Positions 48,801 through 63,309 of a stretch of DNA of 64,000 nucleotides are shown in pieces. Position 1 is the first letter of the stretch. Each line of letters begins with the position of its first letter. The position numbers and the translations under genes were made by a program. Location: assembly GCF_009834535.1 (NCBI RefSeq), contig NC_045696.1, positions 67,458,001 through 67,522,000 of the forward strand, in the 5' to 3' direction. Source of the stretch: Camelus ferus (lineage: Eukaryota). A model generated the notes under the pieces. It searched no databases, was not told where the DNA came from, and was given only the letters and a program-made list of their open reading frames with translations.

Positions 48801-51800
48801 ATGTGTGACTATTAACGTAGTAACTTGGGAAAACAATTCTTATAAGATTTTCTGTTTATACTTGGACTAAATAAACTGGATTTAAGATTAAGAAATGTGT
48901 CTTAAAACCATAAGGGGAAAAGCCAATAGGAAGCACAAAAAAATCAGGACAATTAGATCATTTTGTTCAATTTTGCCATGAACCACAAATCACATTCTTC
49001 ACAAAGTAAATAATGCCCTGTTGTTTATTCTGAAGCACTTGGGTTGGGATTACAATTAGAGCTTTAGTGAATTAAAAAACAAAACAAAACACTAAAGAAC
49101 ATTTAGTTTGTCTATATCTAAAGACCCAGGGAGGTACTATTTTACCTTAAAATGTGTAGCCCTTGTAGGACATTAGTGTTTCCAAAACACTCACCTTGAA
49201 CGTCTCCTAACCTTTGAAAGACGTTGGGGTGAGGGAACTCGTACTTAAGGAGTGTGTCAGACCTTCGTGCCAGAGCTACATTAAAAGATCACAGCACTCC
49301 ACTGAGATTACTGTGAGAGGGAAAAAAGGATTCTTGAAGGAATCCTGTGTATGGTACTCTGGGACAACTAAAGTTTAGTAAGTGTACACAACCAGGATCT
49401 CATTTAATCTCCACAACAAGCTATCATAGTAGGTAGAATGGAAGAATTCGTATCCCTGCTGTACGCCACGTGGCTATATACATGGTTGGGTTTGAACCTA
49501 TGTCTTTTACGTCCAAAGACAACCTTGTTCATTCTTCTACGCCACACTGTCCTGCAATGAACAAGTCTTCCCTGTGTCTTTCTATCTAGTTCCCTGTAAT
49601 GGCGATTGCACACTGCATGCAGTTATCCGTCTTTAGCAAACTGCTGAGCTATAGCCTTTCACAGATACATAGCTTGCTTGAGCTTAAAAAAACTTTTAAA
49701 TCATCTTGTCCACCTCCCTCCCCTTACATCCTAGGACAGTGTATTCAGGAAGCTGATTGCCTGAAGTTGTAAACTAGTGGAAGAGCTGAGGTCAGGACCT
49801 AGTGCCTTGGTTTCTAGATTGTGCTCTTTCCAAACCCCACACTAGATGCTTTTCGGAGTACGAAAACTTCTTTTTGGTGTTCTGGCCCTTGTTAACAATA
49901 AGAATATGACAACTCTTGTTGATTAGTTATTGACAATTATTTACATGGCCAGTGGAAAATCATTAGGTTGAGGATATTACATTACTTGGGTTTTTGCCAT
50001 TGTCAAAACAAGGAGGTTGTCTCACACTGATAAGTATGGGTGTTCTCTGGCCAGTAACGCAGAGGAGCTAATTTTAAACTCGGTATTATGGTCTGTCTTG
50101 GGTCCAGCTTTTAGTTCTTGCTATTTGTTACTTGTAAATAAAGGTATTATTAGACACTCAGACTAGTTCCACTGAGGCAGACACTTTCCAGAGTAGCTGG
50201 AATTTCACAGCATCTTGAACAAAATTCCATTATCTGAGTGTCAATTTTCTCATCTATAGAATGAGATATAATTATTCTGTCCTGTCTACCTCCCAGAATT
50301 GTGATAATTAAATGCGATAAGAAATGTAAGATGTACTCTTCAAGAATGCAAAGAGATGTAAAAATACTGTTATGCAGTTCTTTTCTCTGGGCAAAACTAC
50401 TGTTCCACGTAAGGAGAGACCCTAATTATTGGTTCCTCAGTTTCTGACTAATCAACTGAGCCTACTTTGAGTTACTCTTATTACTGAAGAGAAGAAAACA
50501 CGATGTGTACGCACAGACATCCATCATCCTGTGCATACTGAGTTTGAGAAATAGTGTTTTTCCTTCAGTTTTGTTGTTTTATTTTCAACAGATACTTTTC
50601 TTATTATATTTTTACATACTTGGAATACCTAATAAGTGATGGACCAGTTACATATCATGCATTTCGAATGTATACAGAGAAGTCTCATAGAGTTTACTAC
50701 CACATACTTGGCAGGGACTCCAGCTAATGGCTAATCAACTAAGCCCCCGATCCCCGTGCCTGTGAGGCACCATCTTGACAATCCTCAATGTTGTCTTCAG
50801 TTTAGAGTGCACAGGAGGCCCTGATGGGGAAATGACTTCTCTTTGGGTCCCAATGCTAACCCCAGTACAATATGAAACTGGAGTTGTTAAAATAGATGTT
50901 TACAGAAACCCTGTTTGGTACAGTGGCCAAGAGAAATGACTCTAAGCCAAGGGCTGTGCTCTAGTCTTGCAGAGGCCAGCCACTGGCAGTGAGGCTTGTC
51001 AAAGCATTTGCTTCTCTGGGCCTAAATTCCTTCTTCTATAAAATAAGAGACTTAAGTAAATAGACCTCTTGGTCCCTCGAAGCTTTGAGGGATGAACAGA
51101 ACTTTTAACAGGGCAGGGCTCTGTGTCTTGTTCACTGCTTCATCCCCAGTTCACTGAAAAATGACCGGCACATAGAAGGAACTCAATAAATATTAAGTCA
51201 ATAATGAGTGATTGGGAATAAATACTCCCAAGAGTCATCCAAGTGTGCCTACTCCCACAGACATACCCAAAATTCCATCACCATCCTCAGATGGCCTTCC
51301 ATCACCACCATATGTGAGCACCCCACCTCTCCTGAGTCAGACTCTATCTCCTGATCTCCTGGCCCTGGTACTAGCTTCACAGTCCTTATCACTGTCTGAT
51401 ATCACCAACTGCATGTTGCTGACGTGCGTATTCCTTATCCACCCCCCGCCAGTCTGCAGAAGACCCTACTGCACTCACAGCCTTTGGAGCAGTGCTTAAC
51501 ATAGAACAGGCACAAAGTATTTGTTGAATGAAAAAAGTAAATGACATTAAATTACCTAACATCTAAGGTCTCCTCCAGCTCTTGAGTTCTTTGGTTCTAT
51601 CTCAGCAAGAGTATATTTCTCAGAAAAATTAGTGCTACAAATTTTACTAAGTGATCCAAAGTTAATCACACAACACACTAGGTAAGACAATGGTCTTTCG
51701 ACTTACAGTATTTGTCTACTGTGGGTAACTGACCCCAGCCAGGGGCAAACTCTAAAACTAGGGTTTAAGTGATGATGTTTTCAGCTGCATGTATACATAG

Positions 51801-53472
51801 TAATGACTGCCCGCCTGCACATTTCGGATCAGAATTAAATCCACTATGAATCATCCATTAGAATCAAGATCTGCAAGCAGAGACTAGAATACCATTCCGC
51901 TCACGTGTCGGTTCCCTTCAGAGCTGCCTGAAATTCAGCTCTGCCAAGATGTTTATTTTCTACCTGGCTTTATGAATTGCAATTACTTCCTAAATTATAA
52001 CAAGCCACAAGTGGTCTGAGCCAAACAACCAAGGTCACAGAAGGTCTCTCCTTGTACTTCTGGGGATAACAGAAAAACTTGTTTGAACTAAATGTGATCC
52101 ACTTTCAAAAGAAAGAAAACTTTAAGCCTTCAACTCCTGGGAGTGGCAAAGAGAACAGCCAGAGGGCCATGAGCTAACTTCCATTCTCCCGAGATCATCT
52201 GAACAGATTTGGCAATGACTTGGCTTCTGTTGAAAACAAGTCTTTCTAATTATACTCCTGCCAGTGGAAGACAAAAGACAGCACCATAGTTTAGAAAGGC
52301 CATAACAACATGCCAACATCATGGCCGCAACTGTGTAGTTTCCTTCTGAGCAGAGTACTGTTGACGTGTAAGTCAAACACTGGGCTCTGGCACCCCTTCA
52401 TGAGAACATGACCTTCCTAAGAGCCCACAGGGAAGCTGGTGAAGTGATTTGCTTCCCTTCAACTGTATCTTGGATGTAATATTTTCTGACACTAGAAATA
52501 AAATAATTCCATGTTTTGGTTCCTCTCTCCACCCCACCATGCCAAAAATAGTTTGCATTAAGTAGATAAGAAAGGCAGAGACGAAGAGTATAGGGTTTTC
52601 CATTCTGCATCTGCTGAAAGACAAAGGGGACAGAAAATACAGATGTCTTCTCTTCGCTGCTACAAAAGGGTGGGGGGCGAACTCTTTCAGCGTCTCTGGA
52701 ATGCAAATTTTCTTTCACAGTTTAGCAGTCTTTTTTGGATTTCAGCACAGTGAACTAACACTTTCCTGGATTCCAAGACCTCCAGAGAACCAGATGGATG
52801 AGAGGAATTGGGAAAAAAAAGAACCCACGCTACTTGAAAAAGGTATGAATTTCTCACTCTGCATCTAGCCAAAAGCACTGAAAATTAGAAGAGCGAAATC
52901 ACTTTTGGTTTGTTCAAATGCATGCCATCCTAGAGTTGTTTGTGGTGGATTAAAAAAAAAAAACACTAAACTAAAGTGATTTGGTGGTTGAGAGTCTGTG
53001 TTCAGTTTAAGCTAGGAAGCAAACTTTAACAGAGATGATATGTTTACTATCAAAAGCAGGAAAGAATGTGGATGGAAGAGATTACACAAGAACATCATTC
53101 TATGTGCCAATGCTCTTAAAGCCAGTGACTGCTCCCCAGTGCCAGACTTTCAAGCTTGACACTCAAGGCCTTTCAGGATGTTGTCCTACCTCCTCTTTCC
53201 AGGCACCTATCCCACCATTCCCCCAACACAGTCTTCATTCCTGTCAATCCAAACTTTTTAACACTTCACACACCTTGTTCTTGCATGCTTTTACATCCAC
53301 TATTGTCTCTGCCTTGAAAATGTCTTAACAAGTTAGTTGGCTCAACTTTCAAGGCCCAGGGCATGTAAATGGAACCTCCCTTATTAATCATTCCCCTACT
53401 TGTCTGTTCTTTCACGGCACTGTTCATACCATCATTATATCAGGGACTGTGTGTGTAGTCCATCTGTTTATA

Positions 53473-54030
53473 TGTTATGGAAAATGCTGTCACCAAGTGC
53501 ACCTTCCAAAGATGATGACATCAGCACACATCTCATCCCACATATTCTTCTTCCAGTGTGACATCGACAGTCCATAGAGAGATGAATGCTTGGGAGGGCA
53601 TTTGTAACTGCTCGGTCAATAGAAAGCTGTAAAGGTGATGCCCTATGACTCTTGATACTACTCATAAATGCGATATGGTTTTCTGAGACACATACCGTGA
53701 GGCCCTGAGTTACCGTGTTAGAAGCTGAGCTACCTTGAAGCTGCCATACTGAGGAGATTGCATGTAGATGGAGGGCGATGCCTGGAGAACCCCGGTTGTC
53801 CCAGAAGAGCTATTCAAGTATCCCCAGAAGGGGCACCAGACATGTCGCTGAAGAAGGCTTTGAGAGAACTCAGACCCAGGAATCTCACGAGAGACCTCAA
53901 GACAGAATTCCTCAGTTGAGATGCTATCAAATTCCTGACCCACCAAACTGTGAGGGATAGTAAATGGTGACTGTTCTCTTCACCCACTAAGCTTCAGAGT
54001 GGTTAGGCATGTAGCCATAGTAATTGAAAC
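53473..54030 (+). mobile_element. MaLR solo LTR (MLT1-like)
   Basis: The 3' portion aaattcctgacccaccaaactgtgagggatagtaaatggtgactgtt...ccactaagcttcagagtggttagg..atgtagccatagtaattgaaac is characteristic of MLT1. Confidence 0.75.
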
Positions 54031-55084
54031 GTAAGTACAGTTTCCATGTTTGATTATGAGCTCTTCAAATATAAGGATTAAAACATATGTTTCTAGCACT
54101 AAAGAGGGTGAATGAAACATGGAAGAGATTGTTTATTGAATAAATACTTGAATGAAAGAATATTAACTTTTGGACACGTCCACATAAATTAACGTCTTGT
54201 AACTTTATGAGGCTAGTTAAGTTTATACAGCTAGGGCATTCTAAGCAATAATAATGTCCAAACCATATGAATGCAAAATAGATCTTCCTCCTCCATACAA
54301 GGGACAATGTATTTTTCAAATCTGGCAAGCTACTGTTTATTCCCAGTAATAGCATGAGCATAAATTGGTACTGGAATATATGTATACAATTCCTTTTCTT
54401 CAAAAGTTTCCAGTACTATTCTTAACATCTCTACATGTGAAAAGACAACGCTTTATTTTAGCATTGGTATCAATTAATAAAGATGACTTATCTATTTAAC
54501 TGTACAATCAAAGACATAAAAATGTCACAGAAAACATGGAGTAACATCAGAGTGAGGAGGACCTTAGGGGACATCTGCCCCAGCCAATCTGATCCATAAA
54601 TCCCCTCTGTGACATCCTCAGTCAGTCAACACTCGTCCAGCCCCTGGGACTGCTTGTATCACGTCCAGTCACAGCAGACAGTCTCGGATGTTAGCCTCAT
54701 TAGCCCTACTGGCTGCCCTCTAAGGACAAGTCTGTTGCCTTTTCTATGTAACAGAGTACTGAAAAAATTGTCCCTTTCCTCAGTCTTCTCTTTATTGAGA
54801 TTAAACACCTGGATTCCTTCAACAATTTCTTATGGGACATGATTTCTGTCATCTTGCCCTCCTGACTGCCCTCCTCTGCACAGATTCCCTTCAATGTGTG
54901 GGGCCCGGAAATAAACACAGGACTCCAGGAGCTGCAGGTTCCTCTTCTCTACAGGAGTGCAGCCATAGAGTACATTTCCTTTTCTGTGGTCCCATTTATT
55001 ATTATTGATCTTGGGGTCAAACTGTCTCTCCTACAAATCTTTTTTCTTTTTTTTGACATGATCCAGATAACTAAAAACTTTAGT

Positions 55085-55194
55085 TTTGTATATATATAGT
55101 TCTATATATATATAGAAGTATGCTCAGTTACAATGTGTCAATTTCTGGTGTACAGCACAATGTCCCAGTCATGCATATATAATACATATATTTG
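55085..55194 (-). mobile_element. Short L1 3' end with approximate TSD
   Basis: gaagtatgctcagttacaatgtgtcaatttctggtgtacagcacaatgtcccagtcatgcatatat, with flanks taaaaactttagt / taaaaaattttagt. Confidence 0.7.
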
Positions 55195-55702
55195 TAAAAA
55201 ATTTTAGTAGTATTAATGACCATATTTTATTTATTTTCCTCCTATCCTTTACCTTAAATCAGTAAGTTCAGGTCAGATAAACTTCAAGAGCTATAGTTTT
55301 GCTACTATTAAAAGATGTCTGACATCAAAAATCAGCATAGCTTTCTTCTTCCTATGTCGCATCAGCACCAGGTTCTATCATTTTGCCCACTAAGTGTTTT
55401 AATTCCACCCATCCTTCTCTTTCTCTACCATATTATTTCATCACCTCACTCTTAGGTAATCACAGTAGCCTGTTTCTCTCTACTCCAGCCTATCACCATG
55501 TTGATTTGCCTACAACACCTCAGCACATCAGACTCATCCACCAGCTTTAAAAATGAAAGATTCCCAGGCCACCCCCAGACCTATTTAACCATTACCTCTG
55601 GGGTCAGGGCTCAAGCATCCATCACTTTAAAAAAGTTCTCTGATTGTGCCAGAACTTCCTGATCATTCAAGATGGGCTGAAATTTGAGTTTTTGTAAAGC
55701 AA

Positions 55703-55725
55703 AACAACAACAACAACAACAACAA
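55703..55725. repeat. (AAC)n microsatellite
   Basis: Seen directly. Confidence 0.9.
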
Positions 55726-56150
55726 AAAACTGAGAGTGCATTTAGATAAATTTATTGTGGGTATCTAGAGAAGAGTTTTGTTAAGGATTTTCGATTCCTT
55801 TCAATTACTTTCTGGGAAACTGAGGTTGTCTTAGAGGAAACCTAAAGAAGGAAGGAGGAAGGAGGTGGGAATGAACACCTGCAGCACTCGACACCTATTC
55901 CTTACTGAAGCACCGGGCAAGGCCCCACCTGGAAACGCATGAGGTAAGACTTGAGGCTTTAACAGTATCCATAGGTCTCAAGTCAAAGTTTATGTCACTC
56001 CATGGTGGACACACACGTAACAGTTAGACAAGATCGGTAATCTCTAATGATTAATTGCAATCAATGCCCATGGAATCTCATGGGATGGAGAGTAACATTT
56101 TATGATTTATGATCATAAACATTTAAGACTCATGTTCAAAATCTCCCTAT

Positions 56151-56291
56151 CAGGGCCAGGATTAGGTGAAGCAAGTCAGGCACCTAGGGAGCAAAATTTA
56201 AGGAGGTGCCACTTTCAGGGTCCTCCAAGTGCCTGAGAATCTCAGTTTGGTTCCCAGGGACCTCGCTTCCCTTACCCTAGTCCCAGCCCTG
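56151..56291 (+). mobile_element. MER91-like hAT MITE
   Basis: Terminal inverted repeats cagggccaggattagg / cctagtcccagccctg and internal caaaatttaaggaggtg. Confidence 0.7.
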
Positions 56292-56969
56292 CTGCAGGCT
56301 TTGTATTAACATATTTCCCCTATAAGAAATTCTACCTAATAGCTATAACCCATTTTAAATTTGTATTTTAACATTGCCCATTTCTTTCACATCATCTGAA
56401 CTAAGGGCCGTTTCTGCTGTTTCCACTATGAAACATCATTTACAGTAATAAGCCCACTCTGGGCATTTCACACCTCCCCGTTTCCTTACTTGTTCTCTTG
56501 GTTTCAAGGACAGATATTTGCCCTGAAAAACCTGTTAGAGTTCAAGACGAAGGGTATGAGACAGACAATGAAAAAAATGTATTGCCTCCTTCAGTCATAA
56601 TAATAAGCTTTTGTCCTTTAATACAGTACTTTCTAACCAGCTAGGCTACTGACCTACAAGTGTATTTTCAATAGTCTTGTCAATATTTTCCCAAGCCTTG
56701 AACTACAAAGGGTCACACTGAATACACTGTCATCTTTCCAAAGCCTTCTCTTCTGCCTGTGTTTCTGATTTTATGGGAATCCAACTTATCATCCGAAACA
56801 AAAACCTGAGAGTCTTCTTTGACTTCATCTCTCCCATCCCTTACGCATCCAAGCCATCAGTCAATCTGTCCTTGTCCTCCTCTCCATCCCCACCGCTTGC
56901 ACCCTCTTCAGGGTCCCATCATTCCTGGCTGTCAAACTGCAACGTCATCCATCAAGGGTCTTTCTGACA

Positions 56970-57312
56970 CAGGGTTTGCTCGACTCCAGAAGTCTCATAT
57001 TCAAATACAAGACCCAGAAAGGTATCAGTGAGTGATGTGTAAGAAATAAACTGTGGGGGCGGAGCACTGTGGCAAATTGCAGAATGCCTGCCTCAGCCAC
57101 AGATGAAGGTGCTTCTCAGTTCTAGCTGATTGTGACCAGGCAGAAATCGGGAATGCCGCTTTTTAGCAGAAGCTGGAAATCTGGATTTTTATGTGAAATC
57201 TCCAAAATTTTAGTTTGCAATTAGTTGAACAATTTTTAAAAAATCTTTTGAATATCAACCAAAACATATCCCCCTGGAATCTGACAGGACAGCAGCCAGT
57301 GTGTGACCTCTG
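56970..57312 (+). mobile_element. MER102-like hAT remnant
   Basis: agaagctggaaatctggatttttatgtgaaatctcc...gcagccagtgtgtgacctctg. Confidence 0.55.
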
Positions 57313-57359
57313 CCCTACTCTACTTGATCCCCTAGGCTACCCTGTCTGAGTGTACTCCT

Positions 57360-57850
57360 ACAGCATGGACAGCATCACATCTCTGCCTTACCTAGAAACC
57401 ATAAAAAGATCGCTCTACGCCTACAGGGGAAATCCAGCTCCTTGCAGCATGGTAAGAACTTTCACAATTTTGACACTACCGGACACTCAGCCAGCCACTC
57501 CTCTTATGTAACCTACATTCCAGCCAAACCAGATGCTTCCCTTTCCCTGAACATGTCCTTAACTTACCCCCTTGGTAGCCAGATGTGCCCTCTTCTGATG
57601 TCTTCCCTGAGTTAGTCCCTCTCAGGCAGAACTGGCTGCTACCTCTTCTTCATCCATAAAACATTTTCAGGTATGCTTTTGTGGTATTTTTACACTGCGT
57701 TCTGCTTTTTTGTACATTTATCCCTCCCACCCTGTTTTGAGGTTCTTGAAAAGGGACCAAGTCCTACCCGTCTTTGGCATCCCCGGGCACAGCGTCTGGT
57801 ACAAAACAACAAGGATGCAATAGGAACACTGACTAATGAATGACTAAATA
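57360..57850 (+). mobile_element. L2 3' region
   Basis: tgaggttcttgaaaagggacc...tctttggcatccccgggcacagcgtctggtaca...tgactaatgaatgact. Confidence 0.6.
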
Positions 57851-58839
57851 GAAGCTCAAATGCAAAAAAGCCTGTGTGTTGATTTTGTTGAGGTTAACAG
57901 TGTAAATCCTCCTCTGGTTTGGTAAAAACTAGAAAAGCTGGGTGTAGAAGACAAAAGGTTAGCCTGGAAGTCCAGGCAGCAGTTATAACCACCTTCCTTG
58001 TCTGAGGCAAGCACAACAGTAAACACTTTGCAGCCGGGCAGCATCTTTCTGGGATGGGCTCTCAGCCCACTGCAGATAGGGCCTTCTTCACCTTGTGTCT
58101 GAATCAACTTGCTCCTGGGTCGCAGAGTCAGCCTTTGACAGGGACAAGAGAGCTCCCGTGTCAGAGCACACTGTCTCCATTAACAGCGCTCTTCTTGTCA
58201 AGGATACACCAGAGGAAATTTATGAAAGAAGCTGGATGTAAAGACCTGCTTAGATATGTGTCTCACTTGTGTGCGATCAAGAAGAACAAATGACAAGCGT
58301 TCCAAACAGTGACCTGAAGAGAGGACAGTCCAAAATTCCAGATAAATAATGCGTCTCTTGCAAGCAAAAATTCACTTTATGGTGTGGCCTTTTTTTTTGC
58401 AATTCACTCTAATCCTCCCTCAAGCCCATTGAATTTTTAAATCTCTCCCAAGCATTTTACCATCCGCCCTCACACTTTCAAGTGACAGGAGGATGATTTT
58501 CAGATGCTCGGGCTGTGTGGGCCTCGACTACACAATCAGGAGACATCTATCCATACAGAGGTCTTATCTCTGCCATGCAGTACAGAGTGTGGTCACTCAG
58601 TAAACGTTCTGATTATGGCCCTCCTGGTCCTTCCCTGGAAAACCTTTAAAATATGATTTTCTGGAGCTAATCACAATTTGGTAAGATATAAGACAATAGT
58701 GAAAGGTCTTAGATTCTGTGAGTGTGAAGTTTACATTTTGTTTTGGAAGTTCCAAAGTCAGAGATTAAAATTTTAGGCTTTAATTTTGATGTCATAATGA
58801 GAAGTAGCAGAAACGACAACTCCAAAGTGACTACATTAC

Positions 58840-59060
58840 AACCTTCATCTGGTTCCCACCTTACATGCAATGAATTTTATATGTATTACCTAAGATCCTC
58901 AAAACAACCTTGAGAAATAGATATTATTATTCCCAATTAACAGATAAAAATATTAAGGCTGAGAGAGGCTAAGTGATTTTCCAAATTCCCTCAACTGGAA
59001 CATAGCTGGGCCAAGATAAAAAATTAGCCTTTCTGACTCTGCAAGTCCATGCTCTTTCCT
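58840..59060 (-). mobile_element. MIR
   Basis: cctcaaaacaaccttgagaaatagatattattattcccaattaacagataa...aggctgagagaggctaagtgatttt. Confidence 0.75.
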
Positions 59061-59663
59061 GTCCAAACTACTGTGAAGAATGTATCCAGGGAGATGGATA
59101 ATAAAAATGATAGATACTTCCCAAATCCATTTTTGCTTAGAGATGCAATTCTGAATTTTCCACTATGTACGGGTAAATATACTAACCTCTAAACTCCCTT
59201 GGTTTCCAAAATAATTATATTATTGACTTAAGGAAAGCTGGAAAAACACCCTCCTCCTTCACTGCCCAACTCCCTCCAGCTCATTTCATTCCAGGGACAG
59301 ATACTATTTCTTAAATCGAAGCAAAGTTTGCCTTTAAAATAAAAAATTCATAGAAAGCATTTCCCGTAGGGAGAGGGATTGTGTTTCAAAGGCCCTTTTT
59401 CCCTGTGAGTTGTGACGAGAAGGAGAGGGGTTATTTAGTAAGCAGAGCTCTAAAGTAAGACAGACGTTGCCGAGAGAATAGTATCAGCCCAGGACCAGCT
59501 GACATGCAGGTAGGCCAGCACTTGGACGCTGGTGTCTAAACTCAGACGACACAACTGTTAGTACAAACAGAAGGAAAACACTGAAGTCAATAATTTAAAA
59601 GCTGCCACTAAAAACAATAGTTAAGTATGGGAGGGAGACAGGAAAGAACACATCCACAATGTG

Positions 59664-59800
59664 GGGGGTTTTTTGGGGGGAGGGATTAGGTTTGTTTGTT
59701 TGTTTGTTTGTTTGTTTATGTTAATGGAGGTACTGGGGATTGAACCCAAGACCTCGTGCATGCTAAGTACACTCCCTACCACTGAGCTGTACACTCCCCT
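59664..59800 (-). mobile_element. tRNA-derived SINE (Vic-1-like) with expanded (AAAC)n
   Basis: Reverse complement of the family seen at 44051. The flanks cacaatgtg and cacagtgta resemble a decayed TSD. Confidence 0.88.
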
Positions 59801-60514
59801 CACAGTGTAGTTTTGAAGTAGAATAAAAGCTATAATACAGGATGACATCGTTGATTAGCTTTGCAAATAAATAGTATTTAAGAACCTGACAAACAGGTAA
59901 AAATTTAGGACCAACACTTTTCAGAGAAATCTTTCTTGCGGCAAGTTCCAGACAACACTTCTTCTCTCTGCTCCAAGTCTACAAAAGGGGCGTGTGGAGC
60001 GTGGGAGAGGAAGAGAGACCAGAGGTATTTTCTTGAATAATCTGATGCCTTGGATACTTCACCACAAAGATGCAAGAGAGTGAAATCCCAGGACTGATGG
60101 GGAACAGTGAGGTGTCTACAGACCAGAAGGGGGGTTTGCAAAGAACCGTAGATCTCTGCTCTCAAAGAGCTGAAGGCTTATCCTATCCAACCAGACTGTT
60201 CTACTGATGGAGAGGTGAGGCTTGGTGATGAAGCGGCCAGTTACACCGCTGAGTGGGGACAGAGCTGCTGTCTGAACACAGGTCTCTTGACTCTCAGGCC
60301 AATGTTCTTCCCACTTCGATGAGACACTAGTGGAAACAATGAAGTAATAAACAGCTACTACAAGAAGCAGAGGTAAATGCCTAGTGGCTGAGGTTGGTGT
60401 CAGGGCTCCTCATGACAACACCTGAGACCCTTGGGACTGAACAGAAGGTGGATTTGCCCCAAAGTTTCAATACTTATATCCCACTTATATAAACTCATGA
60501 TCAAATAAAAAAAG

Positions 60515-60910
60515 GGGACAATGGGTAAAGGAATTGGGGGTATGTTCGTACAGCAGAATACTTCTCAGTGATAAAAAGGAACCGACTGATGATACAACAA
60601 CACGGATGAATGGATGGATGAATCTCAGAAACCTGCACGTTGAATGAAGAATCCAGATGCAAAAATAAATAGGGTATGATTCTATTTATCTGAGTTCTTT
60701 TAAAAGACAAGTAATTTATGGTGACAGAGGTTGGAAAGTAGTTGCCTTTGAGGATGGCAAGTGGGTATCAGTTGGAGAGAGTCACGCGGGAAATTTCTGG
60801 GGTGACACAACTGTCAAATCTCATTGATAGTTTAGAGGCCACCGACAGAGACACTCACACACTGAGTATTTCACTGCATGTAAATTATGCCTCTATCAAA
60901 CATGAAAAAA
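60515..60910 (+). mobile_element. Old L1 (L1MC/ME-like) 3' end
   Basis: gaatacttctcagtgataaaaaggaac...atggatgaatctcagaaac...tatgattctatttat...atgtaaattatgcctc followed by A-rich sequence. Confidence 0.7.
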
Positions 60911-63309
60911 GGCAAGAAGAAAGCAAGAACGATATTAACAAGTGATATTATAAATAAATGTTATAGAATATACAAAATATAAAAAAATAAAATAAATAAA
61001 TAAAAATAGGGAAACCATTAATTTTACAGCCCATTTAACATAATGAATGTCCTTGCTAAGCAAGGGTTTAACTCTCGAAGTGCAAAGAGAGAAACTAAAA
61101 TTATGCTTTTTCTTTTTTTAAGGACGGACATCATTAGAAAGGGACGCTCTATTTCTTTGCTGCCTTAAATAGCTCCTATTCATAACGTAACCTTTTTTCA
61201 TAATGAGATTTGCAGCTTTTTCAATCAGCTCTTTCAATCAACTCCTTACACAGAAAAGCTAAAGAATAATCTCAGACAAGGAAGGGATGCTTGAAATCAT
61301 CTGGTTCAAGCACAAAACTGGGTGGTTGTGAAAACAGATTCAGAAAGGGCAGGTGACTTCCCCAGAAGAGGCAGGACTAGAAGTTAGTTTTCTGTTTTTC
61401 GGATAAGCACTTTTCACTGTACCACACCGGCCCATGGCCTTGGGCGATGTCTTAAAGCTAGCCTGCCTTCAGACATCCAGCTTTATAAAGCACTGTCACC
61501 AAGAATACTAGAAGCATCCACGTACAATTATACAGATTGCTTTTCTAATGTGTCTTCCAAGTGAGCTGACACAGACTGTGACTCACAAGCACATTTGACT
61601 GCCAGGCTGGCCTTAATAAAGGAACTGCAGTGTAACGCCAGCCCTGGTGCTCTCCTACTTCTCCTGACAGGCCAGGGACGGTGTGACGGCCCCACAGCCC
61701 ACCGTAACGGCGCCTTGGGACCTGAGAAGAAGAAAAGCAGATCCCAGAGACAGCACCATTTTCCCACGAGGTCTGGGTACCACCCCACCAGACTGCTCCA
61801 TCTTCAGTGCATACTGAGCCTGAGCTTGCTCTGGGGGCCCGAGGGAGCCGGGAACAAGGCTGGATGGAGGTGGGGAAGAACGTTACTGGATTCCAGAGCA
61901 GGCCAGGATGCTAGTACCGGCTCATGCAATTTCACATCATGGGCAGGGAGCATCACTGCGGTTTCCTCATCTGTACAACAAGGATAACAGCATCCCTTTG
62001 TGCGGTGGAGAGAACTAAAGGACACAGTGGAAGTCAAAGTCCAGCCCTCTACATATGCAGGGATTCACTGTGACAAGGGGTGGCATAATGTCTTCCCCGA
62101 GTCTGGGGAACAGCGTTACTGGCTTCCTCTCCCAGTCGCAACGTCTGGTCCCCTAGCTCTGAGAGGAAAACATGGTTGCATGTAGGTAAAACACAGATTG
62201 CCCACCCAACCACCCCTTGGATTCACAGATACTGGTTCCCAGGTGGACAAAGACCTGAACTCTCTGCCTCTACCAAGAGTTGGAAAAAGGAAGGAAATCT
62301 TGAGTTTCTTAGAATATGAAAGAATAGGAAAACATATGGTGGGGGCTATGTCTGTCTAGTGATAAATCTTTATGTTTTGGGTATTCTAGGAACTAGGACA
62401 GGAATAACACTGAACAGCCTAAAGTAACTTGATTGGTGCATTTTTTCCCTCATATCTTACTTGTAAAGCAGACATTTATCATTTACTATTTGTGGACAGT
62501 AAAACTGAAGTTCAGAAAAGTGAAGTACTTATCCTGGATGAGCTGTATAACATTTACGTGGTGAAGCTGGGTTTTGTATGCAGGCCTGTCTGATTCAGTC
62601 TTATGGCTTCTCCCCTCTCTCTTGCTGTTGACTCAAAAAATAACCCTTTTAGCAGACGTGTGAGCACAGTCTTGACAATGATTACCACATTTACTGCTAG
62701 TCCTAGAAGTGATGTGCAAAATGTTTGCTGGAGGCTTGGGGGCTCTAAGTACAGAATAAACATCAGTTATCTTCGTTGGGTTCATAAGGGAGCTATGGGC
62801 CTTGAAATCTAACCAAGGTTAACAACTGACACTTGCAGACAGCTTTTAGATATTTAGTTAAGACTCTATTAAAAGCACCAATAAAACCTTTTCCCTGTTT
62901 ACACACCAGACTGTCCACCAGCTTCAGAGTTTACAGAGGCTTTGTGTAGCCCAACTGCCTTTCCCTGCTCGTAGGAGCAGTCAGGGTTCTCTCTCCTAAA
63001 GACATCTTCTTTTGAGATTCTTATCAAGCCGTGAGCAGACAGAGGTGTGGGAGCTACCACTGCAAACTGTGACTCCTACCCCCCAGGTTTAACTTCCAAA
63101 GTCTTATAAGAAACTGAATTTCACATTTTTAAATGGGGAATAAAATACACTAGTGTGAAATGGAGCTATTTCCAACTTAAGGCTGTACATTTTCGAAGAA
63201 CAAAGTTCTCTCTGGAGTATTTTGAGAGAAAGAGGAGACAGGCAGGGGTGAGGGGCTGGATAACCTTTCTGTATGACTCTGATCATGTCAAATGTTTAGG
63301 ACCTACATA

